Below, piece after piece: positions 10,701 through 20,000 of a stretch of 64,000 nt of DNA; positions within the stretch are counted from its first letter, which is position 1; each line of letters opens with the position of its first letter. The translations under genes and the position numbers were made by a program. Origin of the DNA: Candidatus Aminicenantales bacterium (GTDB lineage: Bacteria; Acidobacteriota; Aminicenantia; Aminicenantales; UBA4085); NCBI GenBank assembly GCA_049515535.1, contig JBEKTZ010000015.1:1-64000 (forward strand), in the 5' to 3' direction. A model generated the notes under the pieces. That model had not been told where the DNA came from, made no database searches, and saw only the letters and a program-made list of their open reading frames with translations.

Positions 10701-11310
10701 ACGGGAAAACTGGCTGCGGAACATGGTCCGCGGCCTCTTTGTCCCGAATGCCGATGAAGGGGATTCCGTCGCCCTCGCGACTCTGAGGAATCCTCCGGAT
10801 TATTGGGAGCCGATCATCAGTCAGAATTTCTACGGCCGGTTCGTCCGGTCCGCTTATGTGAAGAAATCCGGACAAGGCGCGAGCAAGGTCGTCTGGACGG
10901 TCAATCTCAGCGCGGCCGGAACCTACAATATCTATTTTTATCATGAAGGGATGGGCGCGGGCATGGGCCGGGGAGGCAATGTCGTTTCCATGATGGCGGG
11001 CCGCGGTTTCGCGCCGCAGGCCGGGGGCCAGCCTTCGGGCGGCCAGCGCGGAGGCGGAATGGCGGCCGGAGGGCAGGCGTCGGGCCGCGGAATGGCCGGA
11101 CCGCAGATGCAGCCCGGGAAGAAGCATTTTCTGATTCATCACGACGGCAAGGTCGAGGAGGTCGTCGTCGACCTCAAGGACGTGCCGATCGGTTGGACTT
11201 TGATCGGGAGCTACACCTTGGCCGCCGGCGAGAACCGCATCGAATTGACGGACAAGAATGAGGAGCGTTTTGTCTTGGCGGATGCCGTCAAATGGGTCCA
11301 ACAGCGGTAG
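7750..11310 (+). CDS. Large ABC-2 permease fused to an M1-aminopeptidase-like extracytoplasmic region and a golvesin/CBM-like C-terminal domain
   Basis: ~6-7 N-terminal TM helices with EYILGK; WYP, LTVTVP, YPYKQFSLVETP; C-terminal VDN.D.GF...W..IG.Y...ADAVKWV; no HExxH motif. Confidence 0.72.
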   Translation: MSAPRTIFTIGRYEAKLISRSWGFRIFSGLTLAALTLIMVTLTIPAYSGFYFSRALSGAFPLIVIKLLNVFQGIMAIIIGTDFLKRDRKQDTTEVIYAHPFANGEYILGKFAGIFGIFAVLDILILAIAAVIHIFFSRSLFAGSAYLLYIALLSLPTLAFMIGLTIFIGSLIRSQAAVYLLTLSYVFISLIVVGPSGHFILDGFGFHTPILYSDFIGLGNLPDLILLRGAYLFLGLGLALGSTLLMKRLKQSSGQNRIFGFAAIFCAALAFVLGAVYLRGKAADEDFRAALKAESREPAGAPAMTLESCNIRLRHEGKRIAATADLALVNNQNVPLKTTTLSLNPGLLVSACRGDAGALTYKRRHHLLTVEAGAAIEPGGRIRLSVSYAGTIDERYCYLDIDDAIRDEALRIWFVTIPKRYAVVSPEFVHLTPECGWYPRPGLPESLLFPSRTKRDFTRYALTVTVPAALTAVSQGTPTASDAGNERQFVFQPETPLPQLSLTVGRYDQKSVTVDGVRYGLYLLAGHDRFTSNFKDISGDLPQLIKQIKDGYEIQLGLNYPYKQFSLVETPIQVTSLSRPWTMAQEQVQPQIVFLPEMGVFCANANFLTGVRIPGQSAPAAARRAGAGRGGADVSPKDIQRQMFNLFVQSNLIATQSALALLGGLQRAPLGLRIDSNFDAGFNIYPNFLTYASHFDIAEWPLFGYSMETYLRERVILQAGGLMRIGLGNNTVQEEINKFLLDHSLSDALRPSGRVTWPEASILQEKGKALLILIRAKLGTADFDERLLGFLKEHRFQSISRKAVEDFFARMGRLDLDKTIASWYLGKGLPGFVFDDVESYRVLEGEKTKFQIKFQVANPTDVEGVIKINLALRGGGARGGMGGGMGLGALASAQETRTVLLPPQTVKEVGIVLDQASAMTTIDTSMSRNLPGVFTLPFSNQQPRPGIKAFDGESARPYVQAPPGADGEYTVDNVDAGFMLPEKGRENWLRNMVRGLFVPNADEGDSVALATLRNPPDYWEPIISQNFYGRFVRSAYVKKSGQGASKVVWTVNLSAAGTYNIYFYHEGMGAGMGRGGNVVSMMAGRGFAPQAGGQPSGGQRGGGMAAGGQASGRGMAGPQMQPGKKHFLIHHDGKVEEVVVDLKDVPIGWTLIGSYTLAAGENRIELTDKNEERFVLADAVKWVQQR

Positions 11311-11346
11311 GCGACCGCCGAGGAAATTCCTATTCTATCAGGAGCG

Positions 11347-12855
11347 ATGGACATGATATTAAAAGCGGCAAGATCCTCTATGCCTCGCAAATGGGCGAGG
11401 TTCCGGTATTTGTTCCTGGCGGGCGGCCTGGCCTTCCTCTTCCGCCTGCCGCTCCCGGCGACGGAGATCCTGACTCTGGATAAAGCCCTGGAATTTGCTT
11501 TTCGCAACAGCCCTTCCATCCAGGAGGCTGCTTTCCGGCTGCAGACCAGCGCGGAAAACCTCAAGGCCCAGCAGGCCGGATTGAAGTCCCAGTTCAGCAT
11601 CACCCTCAACCCGATCAGCATCTCGGACACGAGAACCTTCAGCGATCTGACGTCCAGCTACAATACCCAGAGCATTACCAAAACCGCGGCCAGCTTTTCC
11701 GTCCGCCAGCCCATCAAATGGACGGACGGCACTCTGACGATCACCGATAGCTTCAACTGGCAGGAGTCCTCGAGTTCTTTCGTGGGCGGGGCCAAGGCGG
11801 GCGCTTACAGCAACTCCTTGTATTTAAAATTCAGTCAGCCCCTATTCACTTATAACCGGACCACGATGCAGATCAGGGAGCTCGAGCTGTCCCTGGAAAA
11901 CGCCCAGCTGAACTACGACCTCCAGAAGCTCTCGATCGAGCGGCAGGTCACCCAACAATTTCTCAACCTTTATTACGACCGGGAAAGCGTCAAGATCGCC
12001 CAAGAACAGTTCAAGAATGCCGACGAACAGTTAAAGATCATGGAAAGCAAGGTCCAAGCCGGGATCTCCGCGCAGGGAGAACTCTATGAGGCCGACTTGA
12101 CCCGGTTGAACAGCCAGTCCGATCTCGAAAACAAGCAGATCACGTACGAAAACGCCATGGACAGCTTCAAGATCCTGGTCGGCATGCAGCTCGATAGAGA
12201 CATCGAGATCTTGACCGATATCCGCAAGCATCTTGTGGACGTCGATCTTCAAAAAGCCATGGCTCACGGCCTGGAGAATCGGATGGAGCTCCGCCAGAAG
12301 GACATCTCCATTCAGACCGCCCTCGACGACCTCATCCAGGCCGGAGCGCAGAACGAATTCAAGGCCCAGGTGGACCTCACCCTGGGCTTGACCGGGGTCA
12401 ACCAAGCCTTTAAAAGCATCTACGATTCCGCGAATGTCGATCAGGTGGTCGCCCTCACCCTGAATATCCCGGTTTTCGACTGGGGCCAGAAAAAACACGT
12501 CCTGGCGGCCAGCCAGGCGCAGGTGGACACCCAGAGACTTTCCCTCGATGAACAGAAAAATCAGATCCAGCTCGATGTCCGGCAGGCTTACCGAAACCTA
12601 CAAAACCAGAAGCTGCAGATCGAGATCGCCGAAAAAAACACGAAGAACGCCCAATTGACTTATGACATCAACCTGGAACAATACAAGAGCGGAGATCTTT
12701 CGTCCAAGGACATGCAATTTTACCAGCAGCAGCTCTCCACCCAGAAGCTCAGCCAGGTCTCGGCCTTGATCAACTATAAGCTGGCCCTTCTGGATATCAA
12801 AATCCGGTCTCTCTGGGATTTTGAAAACAATATTTCCGTGGTCAGCAAGCAATAG
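11347..12855 (+). CDS. TolC family outer membrane efflux protein
   Basis: Signal peptide, LTLDKAL, FSQPLF, LNIPVFDWG, coiled-coil repeats; position in operon. Confidence 0.9.
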   Translation: MDMILKAARSSMPRKWARFRYLFLAGGLAFLFRLPLPATEILTLDKALEFAFRNSPSIQEAAFRLQTSAENLKAQQAGLKSQFSITLNPISISDTRTFSDLTSSYNTQSITKTAASFSVRQPIKWTDGTLTITDSFNWQESSSSFVGGAKAGAYSNSLYLKFSQPLFTYNRTTMQIRELELSLENAQLNYDLQKLSIERQVTQQFLNLYYDRESVKIAQEQFKNADEQLKIMESKVQAGISAQGELYEADLTRLNSQSDLENKQITYENAMDSFKILVGMQLDRDIEILTDIRKHLVDVDLQKAMAHGLENRMELRQKDISIQTALDDLIQAGAQNEFKAQVDLTLGLTGVNQAFKSIYDSANVDQVVALTLNIPVFDWGQKKHVLAASQAQVDTQRLSLDEQKNQIQLDVRQAYRNLQNQKLQIEIAEKNTKNAQLTYDINLEQYKSGDLSSKDMQFYQQQLSTQKLSQVSALINYKLALLDIKIRSLWDFENNISVVSKQ

Positions 12856-12859
12856 GAGC

Positions 12860-13924
12860 ATGACTTTGAAAAAAACAACGATCGTCTTTTTCGGCTTAGC
12901 GGCCCTCCTGGCGTTCTCCAGCTGCAAGGAGGAGACGCTCAGCGTAAATACGGAATCGACCATTCCGGTCAAGGCCGCGGAGCTCCAGCCCAAGGCCATT
13001 CAGGAATTCGTGACCGCCACGGGAACGGCGTTCCCCATCCGCGACGTCCAGCTCAAGACCGAACAGGCCGGCCGGTATCTACTCCATGCCGGCTCCTTGA
13101 CGGGCCAGGCGTTCCGCATGAACGATGCCGTCAAGAAGGATGACATCCTGATTTCCCTGGAGAATCCGGAATACGTCAATCAGGTCGCTTTTGATTCCAA
13201 AAAATTACAGCATGAATCCGCCCAGCGGGAATACACCAAGGAGCAGGGCGTTTATGAAAAGGGCGGGATCACGATCAAAGATCTGGCCGATTCGCAAAGA
13301 GCCTTCGTCGATGCGACGTACGCTTTCGATAATGCCGCCCTGGCTTTGAAGAAACTGGAGATCCGAGCTCCCTTTGACGGGGTCATCGTCGACCTGCCTC
13401 ATTTCACCGACAGCCAATGGATCGACGCGAGTACGGCCGTCATTCGGATCATGGACTATTCCCGCGTGTATGCCGACTTGACCCTTCCCGGCAAAGAAAT
13501 GGGGCGCTTGGCCCAAGGACAACGCGTCGTCGTCACCGATTACAGCCAGCCCAACACCGCCCTGACGGGAGTCGTGACCCAGATCTCCCCGGCCCTCGAT
13601 GCGGAAAGCCGCATGTTCAAGATGAGGATCGAGATCCCCAATCAGAATCTCCGGCTCAAACCCGGCACCTTCATCAAGACCGACATCGTCGTCCAGGAAA
13701 AAGCCTCGGCCCTGGTTATCCCTAAATCCATCATCCTCGATCGCCGCGGAGTCAAGGTCGTGTTCGTCGTCGAACGGGGCATCGCTCTCGAACGGAGGAT
13801 TCAAACCGGGATCGAAAATATCGATGAGGCCGAAGTCGTCACTGGTCTCAAGGCCTCGGACCGTGTCGTGACCGAAGGTTTCGAGACGCTGCGCGTGAAC
13901 GCCCGCGTCAAGATCATCGAATAA
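12860..13924 (+). CDS. RND efflux periplasmic adaptor (MFP), lipoprotein
   Basis: Lipobox FSSC, IRAPFDGVI, ISPALD, LKPG; GGAG RBS before ATG 12860. Confidence 0.88.
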   Translation: MTLKKTTIVFFGLAALLAFSSCKEETLSVNTESTIPVKAAELQPKAIQEFVTATGTAFPIRDVQLKTEQAGRYLLHAGSLTGQAFRMNDAVKKDDILISLENPEYVNQVAFDSKKLQHESAQREYTKEQGVYEKGGITIKDLADSQRAFVDATYAFDNAALALKKLEIRAPFDGVIVDLPHFTDSQWIDASTAVIRIMDYSRVYADLTLPGKEMGRLAQGQRVVVTDYSQPNTALTGVVTQISPALDAESRMFKMRIEIPNQNLRLKPGTFIKTDIVVQEKASALVIPKSIILDRRGVKVVFVVERGIALERRIQTGIENIDEAEVVTGLKASDRVVTEGFETLRVNARVKIIE

Positions 13925-13930
13925 GCCCCC

Positions 13931-16900
13931 ATGTTCAAACTCGCCAGGTTCGCGGTCAAATATCCGACGACGGTCGCGATGGCCGTCCTCGCCGTCCTCC
14001 TGCTCGGGTACATTTCCTACCAGAGACTGGGCATGGACCTCCTGCCCCGCATCAACAACCCCCGGCTGTTCATCGAGGTCGAAGCCGGCGAGCGGCCTCC
14101 GGAAGAAATGGAGAAGCAATTCGTCCAAAACATCGAATCGCTCGCCTCCCGGGGACGCAACGTCACGAATGTCATCTCCCTGTCGCAGGTCGGCAAGGCC
14201 CTGATCACCGTGGAATACCAATGGAGCGCGGACATGGAGGAAGCCTATCTGGATCTCCAGAAGGCCGTCGCCGATTTCGGCCAGACGAGCGGGGCCGACA
14301 GCCTGACCGTCACGCAGCTCGATCCCAACGCTCAGGCGGTCATCACCGCTGTCTTGACCCACGATGAAATTACCGACCTGGACAAGCTGCGGATGACGGC
14401 GGAGAACAACATCCGGAATGAGCTCATCCGCCTGCCGGGGATCGCGGCCGTCGAGCTCCTGGGAGACCGCCGGCGGGAGATCGAGGTCAAATCGGACGCC
14501 TCCACACTCGAGTCGTGCGGCCTGACCATGGACCAGCTCGGCGCGGTGATCCAGAACTTCAACCGGAACCTCACCGGCGGGGCGATCGTCGAGATGGGGA
14601 TCCGTTACACGATCCGGGGGGTCGGCCAGTTGACCTCGCTCGAGGACATCAAGAACCTCATCGTCGCCTACAAAATCAAGGATGCGACGAGCCAGCAGCC
14701 GGCGGAACGCACGCCCATCTATCTCCGGGACGTGGCCGACGTCCGCTTCGATCTGAGCGATGCGAAGAACGTCGTCCGCTACAACGGCCGGCCGGCCCTC
14801 GCCCTGGAGATCTACAAAGAAGCCGGGTCTAATACTACGGCCGCGTCCAAGGCCATCCGGGACGAACTGGATGTGTTGGGCCGGTCTCTGCCGGGATACC
14901 ACATCCCCATCATTCAGGACCAGGCCATCTTCATCAAGGACGCGATCGGCGAAGTCCAGCAATCGGGGATCTTCGGAGGTCTCCTGGCCATCCTGATCCT
15001 TTTTCTCTTCCTCCGAAAAATCGGCGTCACGGCCATCATCAGTCTGTCCATTCCCATTTCCATTATCGCGGCCTTCAGCTTGATGTATTTCAACAACTTG
15101 ACGCTGAACATCATGACCCTCGGGGGGCTGGCCCTCGGCCTCGGAAGGCTCGTGGACGACGCCATTGTCGTCGGAGAAAACATCTTCCGCCATGTCGAAG
15201 CAGGATTGCCCGTGGCGGAAGCGGCCGTCCGGGGGACCGGAGAGGTGGGCGGGGCCATCACCAGTTCCACCATCACCACGATCATCGTCTACTTGCCCAT
15301 CGTCTTCCTGCATGGGATCGCCGGAGAGCTCTTCAAGGACCACGCCCGGACCGTCGCTTATTCCCTGTTTTCATCGCTCCTGGTGGCGATGACCGTCATC
15401 CCGATGCTTTTTTCCCGGACGGTCAAACCCCGGAGCATGCTCGCCGCATCGAAATCCGTCCGGTTCCATTTTTACGGACGGGCCCTCGAGAGGATCCTGC
15501 GGAGGAGATGGCTCGTCATCGGACTGACCCTGGTCGTGATCGGGATCGCGCTGTTTTGCATCCGTTTCATCGGCAGCGAGTTCATGCCCCAGCAGACCCA
15601 GAGCCAGTTGATCATCAATGTCAAACTGCCCGAAGGGACCGGCCTCGAACGGACGGAAGGCGCCGTCCGGAATCTCGAAGCCATGGTCCGGGACCGGGCG
15701 GGCGATAAGATCGAGCGGATCTTCGCCCGGGTCGGGCCCAAGGGAACCGCCCAGACCGCCGCCGAAGCGCTCGAGGACGAGAACAACGCTGTCCTCCAGA
15801 TTGATTTCAAAAAAGAAACCCAGCGCTCCCTGCCGGGCCTGATCGCCGGCCTGGAAAAGGAGATGTCGGAAATTCCGGACCTCACCGTCCAGTTCGTGAG
15901 GCAGCAGACGACGCTTCAGGCGGCCCTCGGCACGGAAAACGCCCCGCTCGTCGTCGAGATCAAAGGCAAAGACCTGGATGCTTTGGTCAAGCTGGCTGAC
16001 GGCGTCAAGGCCAAGCTCGCGAGTCTCCCCGAGCTGGCCAACGTCGAAACGAGTTTTCAGGCCGGCCGTCCCGAGGTCGATATCGAGGTCGACAAGGCGC
16101 AGGCGGCCCGGTATAACCTGCGGACGGACACCATCGGCACCCAGATCAAGAACGTCCTGGCCGGCACCGACCTGGGCGAGCTGGAAGACAAAGGCGAATA
16201 CGTCAAGATCATGCTCCGCAATCCGAAGGTTTCCGTCGGCAAACTCCAGGATCTCGTTCTGGTCACGTCGTCCGGGCTCCATCTTCCCCTGAGTGATGTG
16301 GCCAAGCTGGTGCGGACGGAATCCCCCCGCGAGATCATCCGCAATAATCAGACGCGCGTCGCCGAGGTCCAGGCCCAGCTCGCCGGCAAGATACCGTTCG
16401 ACCGGGTCATCGCCCGGGTCAAGGACGCGATCAAGGACACGATCCTGCCCGAAGGCTATCTGATGTCGATCACAGGCGAGGAACTCCTCCGGCGCGAATC
16501 CTTCAAGAATCTCAAGTTCGCCCTGCTCCTGGCGATCATTCTCGTCTACATGGTCATGGCCGCCCAGTTCGAATCCCTCATTCATCCGTTGATCGTGCTT
16601 CTCACGATCCCTCTCGCCGGCGTCGGCGCGATCTTTCTTATGCTCCTCCTGGGCGTCCCGTTCAGCATCATGTCGATCATCGGCCTGATCATGCTGGCCG
16701 GGATCGCGGTGAGCAACTCCATCGTCCTCGTGGACATGATCAACCAGAGCCGGCGCGCCGGGATGGCGCTCGACGAGGCGATCGTCTTCGCCGGCCGGAA
16801 CAGGATCCGGCCCATCCTGATGACCAGCCTGACCACGATTCTCGCCCTCCTCCCCTTCATCCTGGGGGTCGGCGCGGGCGCGTCGCTCCGGGCGCCGATG

Positions 16901-17017
16901 GCCGTCGCCGTGACCGGAGGGCTGATCAGCTCCACGTTCCTGACTCTTGTCGTGATCCCGGCCGTTTACCGCCTGATGGGAAAGCGAACCCTGACCCCCG
17001 GAGAAAAACGTTCATGA
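13931..17017 (+). CDS. RND efflux permease (AcrB/CzcA family)
   Basis: 1028 aa; TM4 [35 protein letters not shown]. Confidence 0.93.
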   Translation: MFKLARFAVKYPTTVAMAVLAVLLLGYISYQRLGMDLLPRINNPRLFIEVEAGERPPEEMEKQFVQNIESLASRGRNVTNVISLSQVGKALITVEYQWSADMEEAYLDLQKAVADFGQTSGADSLTVTQLDPNAQAVITAVLTHDEITDLDKLRMTAENNIRNELIRLPGIAAVELLGDRRREIEVKSDASTLESCGLTMDQLGAVIQNFNRNLTGGAIVEMGIRYTIRGVGQLTSLEDIKNLIVAYKIKDATSQQPAERTPIYLRDVADVRFDLSDAKNVVRYNGRPALALEIYKEAGSNTTAASKAIRDELDVLGRSLPGYHIPIIQDQAIFIKDAIGEVQQSGIFGGLLAILILFLFLRKIGVTAIISLSIPISIIAAFSLMYFNNLTLNIMTLGGLALGLGRLVDDAIVVGENIFRHVEAGLPVAEAAVRGTGEVGGAITSSTITTIIVYLPIVFLHGIAGELFKDHARTVAYSLFSSLLVAMTVIPMLFSRTVKPRSMLAASKSVRFHFYGRALERILRRRWLVIGLTLVVIGIALFCIRFIGSEFMPQQTQSQLIINVKLPEGTGLERTEGAVRNLEAMVRDRAGDKIERIFARVGPKGTAQTAAEALEDENNAVLQIDFKKETQRSLPGLIAGLEKEMSEIPDLTVQFVRQQTTLQAALGTENAPLVVEIKGKDLDALVKLADGVKAKLASLPELANVETSFQAGRPEVDIEVDKAQAARYNLRTDTIGTQIKNVLAGTDLGELEDKGEYVKIMLRNPKVSVGKLQDLVLVTSSGLHLPLSDVAKLVRTESPREIIRNNQTRVAEVQAQLAGKIPFDRVIARVKDAIKDTILPEGYLMSITGEELLRRESFKNLKFALLLAIILVYMVMAAQFESLIHPLIVLLTIPLAGVGAIFLMLLLGVPFSIMSIIGLIMLAGIAVSNSIVLVDMINQSRRAGMALDEAIVFAGRNRIRPILMTSLTTILALLPFILGVGAGASLRAPMAVAVTGGLISSTFLTLVVIPAVYRLMGKRTLTPGEKRS

Positions 17018-20000
17018 TCGAGTTCTTCATCCGGCGTCCCGTCTTCGTGGCCATGATCCTGATCGGCTTCTGCCTCCTCGGGGTCATCTCCTATCTGCAG
17101 CTCCCCATGGAGCTTTTCCCCCAGTCCGAATCACCGCGGATGATCGTCACCGTCCGCGGCAGCCAGACCTCGGATCCCGCCTACGTCGAGCTGCATGCCG
17201 TCATCCCCCTGGAAAGCGCCATCGCCGGTCTGGACAAGATCGAGCGGATCGAGACGCAGATCGACCAGCGGCGGGCGACGATCTACGTCTATTACGGGAA
17301 AGACGTCAACCTGAAATACGCCTACCTCAAGCTCCAGCAATGCGCCTCGACGGTCCGGACTCAGATCGGGACCGAGTTCACGTTCACGGTTTCGAAGTCC
17401 GACACCGAGCAGCTCTCCAACCGGTACCTCGTCCTCCAGGCGCGGGGTGAGGGAAGCCTCGACCAGATCCGGGCGATCATCGACGAAAAGATCACGCCCG
17501 AACTGTTGAGCATCGACGGCGTCGCGAGCGTCGAGGTCTACGGCGGCCGGAAACGCTCGATCGAGGTCCTCCTGGACGATGACGCCATGAAATCCTACGG
17601 ACTGACCGTGGGCCAGGTGCAATCGAAAATCTCCGAACAGTCCGGCAAGCGCGTTTACCTCGGCCAGGTCCACGATGCGCGGAAGGAGTATTTCGTCAAT
17701 CTGATCAGCGAATATTCGACGCTTCCGGCGATCGGAGACCTCATCGTCAAGGACAAGGGGCCTATCGTCCTCAAGCAAATAGCGAAAATTTCAGAAGGCG
17801 GAGCGGATCAGGAGACGATTTCCCGCATCAACGGCCGGGAGGCCGTCACCCTCTCGCTCCAACGGAGCTGGGAAGCCAATCTGATCAGCCTCGCCGGACG
17901 AACCCGCCAGGCCGTCTCGAAGCTCGATGAGACGGTCAAGCCGGACGGAGTCAGCCTGGTCATCGAAGATGATACGGCCAAAACGATCCAAGACAACATG
18001 CAGTCCATTTTCTGGCTGATCGTGGCGGGAGGGCTTCTGGCCATCGCCGTCCTCTGGCTATTTCTGCGCAATGCGTCCCTGGTCTTGACGGTTTCGGCGA
18101 GCGTTCCCATCTCCATCCTCATTTCCATGAATGTCTTTTACGCGCTGCACATCACGATCAACACGCTGACGATGGTCGGGCTGGCCATCGCCATCGGGAT
18201 GCTCGTGGACTGCAGCGTCGTCGTCCTGGAGAACATCGTGCGCCACGCGGACCGGACGCCGGATGTCCGTCACGCCGTCGTCCACGGGACGACGGAAGTG
18301 GCGCGCGCGGTCTTCGCCTCCACGCTGACGACGATCGCCGTTTTTCTGCCGTTCCTTTTTTCCACCAACTCCGAAGTGCGGACCCTGGGCGCGCAGGCCG
18401 GCGCCTCCATCATCACGACGCTGCTCATCTCTCTGGCCGTGGCTTTTTTCCTGATCCCGGTTCTGGCTTTCCGGTTCTTCACCCGCCGCCAAAAGAAAAA
18501 CGCGGGGAAGCCGGCCTCCGTCCGCCCGCTGAGCCGGATGAGGCAGATTTACATCGTCTTGCTGAAAACCAGCCTGCGTTATCCGGCCCGGACGCTCGTC
18601 GCGACGGTCGCCCTTTTCTTCTTGAGCCTCGGCTTGTGCTTGACTCTCAGCGTCAACGTCCCGCGCGAAGTCCAGTTGCTCACGTTCAACATCTACGCCG
18701 TGATGCCTTCGGGAACGACCCTCGAGACCGCCGACGATCAGGTCAAAACCATGGACGGACTCCTCCAGAACATCCCCGAAGTCTCCGAGCGGCTGGCGAC
18801 GATCGAGGAAGATAACGTCACGCTCACGTTCAAGCTCGTCGATGATTTCCATCAAACGTCCTCGCGCACCGTCACGGAGATCACGGACGACATCATCGGC
18901 CGTCTCTCCAAAGCTTACCCGCGCATTGATTTCTCCACGACGGAGCCCCAGCAGAACTCCCGCTATATGGGAGGATCGGGGGGCGCGGGAGGCCTGGGCG
19001 GAGGTGGAAGCGGCCGGCAAAGCGGGGTGAGCTTGACCCGGCTGCTCGGCATCGGCGCCGCCCAGGAAAAAGTCCTGGTCCGGGGCCAGGACCTGGGACT
19101 CCTCCGCTCCGTGGCCGAGGACGTCCAGTACAACATCTCCAACCTGGAAACGGTCCTGAGCGCGCAAATCAGCGTCGCGAACCAGTCTCCGAGCCTCGAT
19201 CTCCTTCTCGACCAGGCCTCGATGAGCCATTTCGATGTCAGCCTCCAGAACGTGAGGAACGAGCTGTCGGGCTTCCAGAAAGAAACCACGGCCGATGTCA
19301 AATTCAAGGCCGGGAACGATGAGTTCGACATCATCCTCAAGAGCGCCTCCGATAAGGAGAAAAAAACCGAGGACCTTCGAAGGCTCCAATTCCCATCCTC
19401 GACCGGAGGGCTCGTCCCGCTCCAGCAGATCTCGCGTCTCGTGTATTCCACGGGATATTCCAATATCAACCGGGTCAATCAGGAAAAGCAGGTCCAAGTG
19501 ACTTACCGGTTCAACACCGACATCGAGCAATCCAAGAGTCTTCTCGAGGCGGCCCGGACATCCGTGGAAGATATCGTGTCCAGTATCACGCCGCCGCCCG
19601 GGGTGATCATCGAGGTCGTTCGCGACGAAAGCGACATGTCGGAGTTCTATTTCCTGATCGCTCTCGGGATCCTCCTGATCTACATGGTCCTGGCCTCGAC
19701 GTTCGAAGGCTTCCGAACGCCGCTGGTCATGATGTTCACTCTGCCGCTGGCCGGGATCGGGGCGTTTTCCGGACTCGCCCTGACCTCCAATTCGCTTTAC
19801 AACGCTAATGTCCTGATCGGATTTCTCATTCTTTTCGGCGTCGTGGTCAACAACGGCGTTCTTCTGATCGATTATTCCCGCCGGCTCGAGCGCCAGAAAC
19901 AGAGGCGGGAGCGGGCGTTGATGACGGCGGGCTTGACCCGCGTCAGGCCCATTCTGATCACGGCCATCACCACCATCCTGGGCATGCTTCCGGTCGCCAT

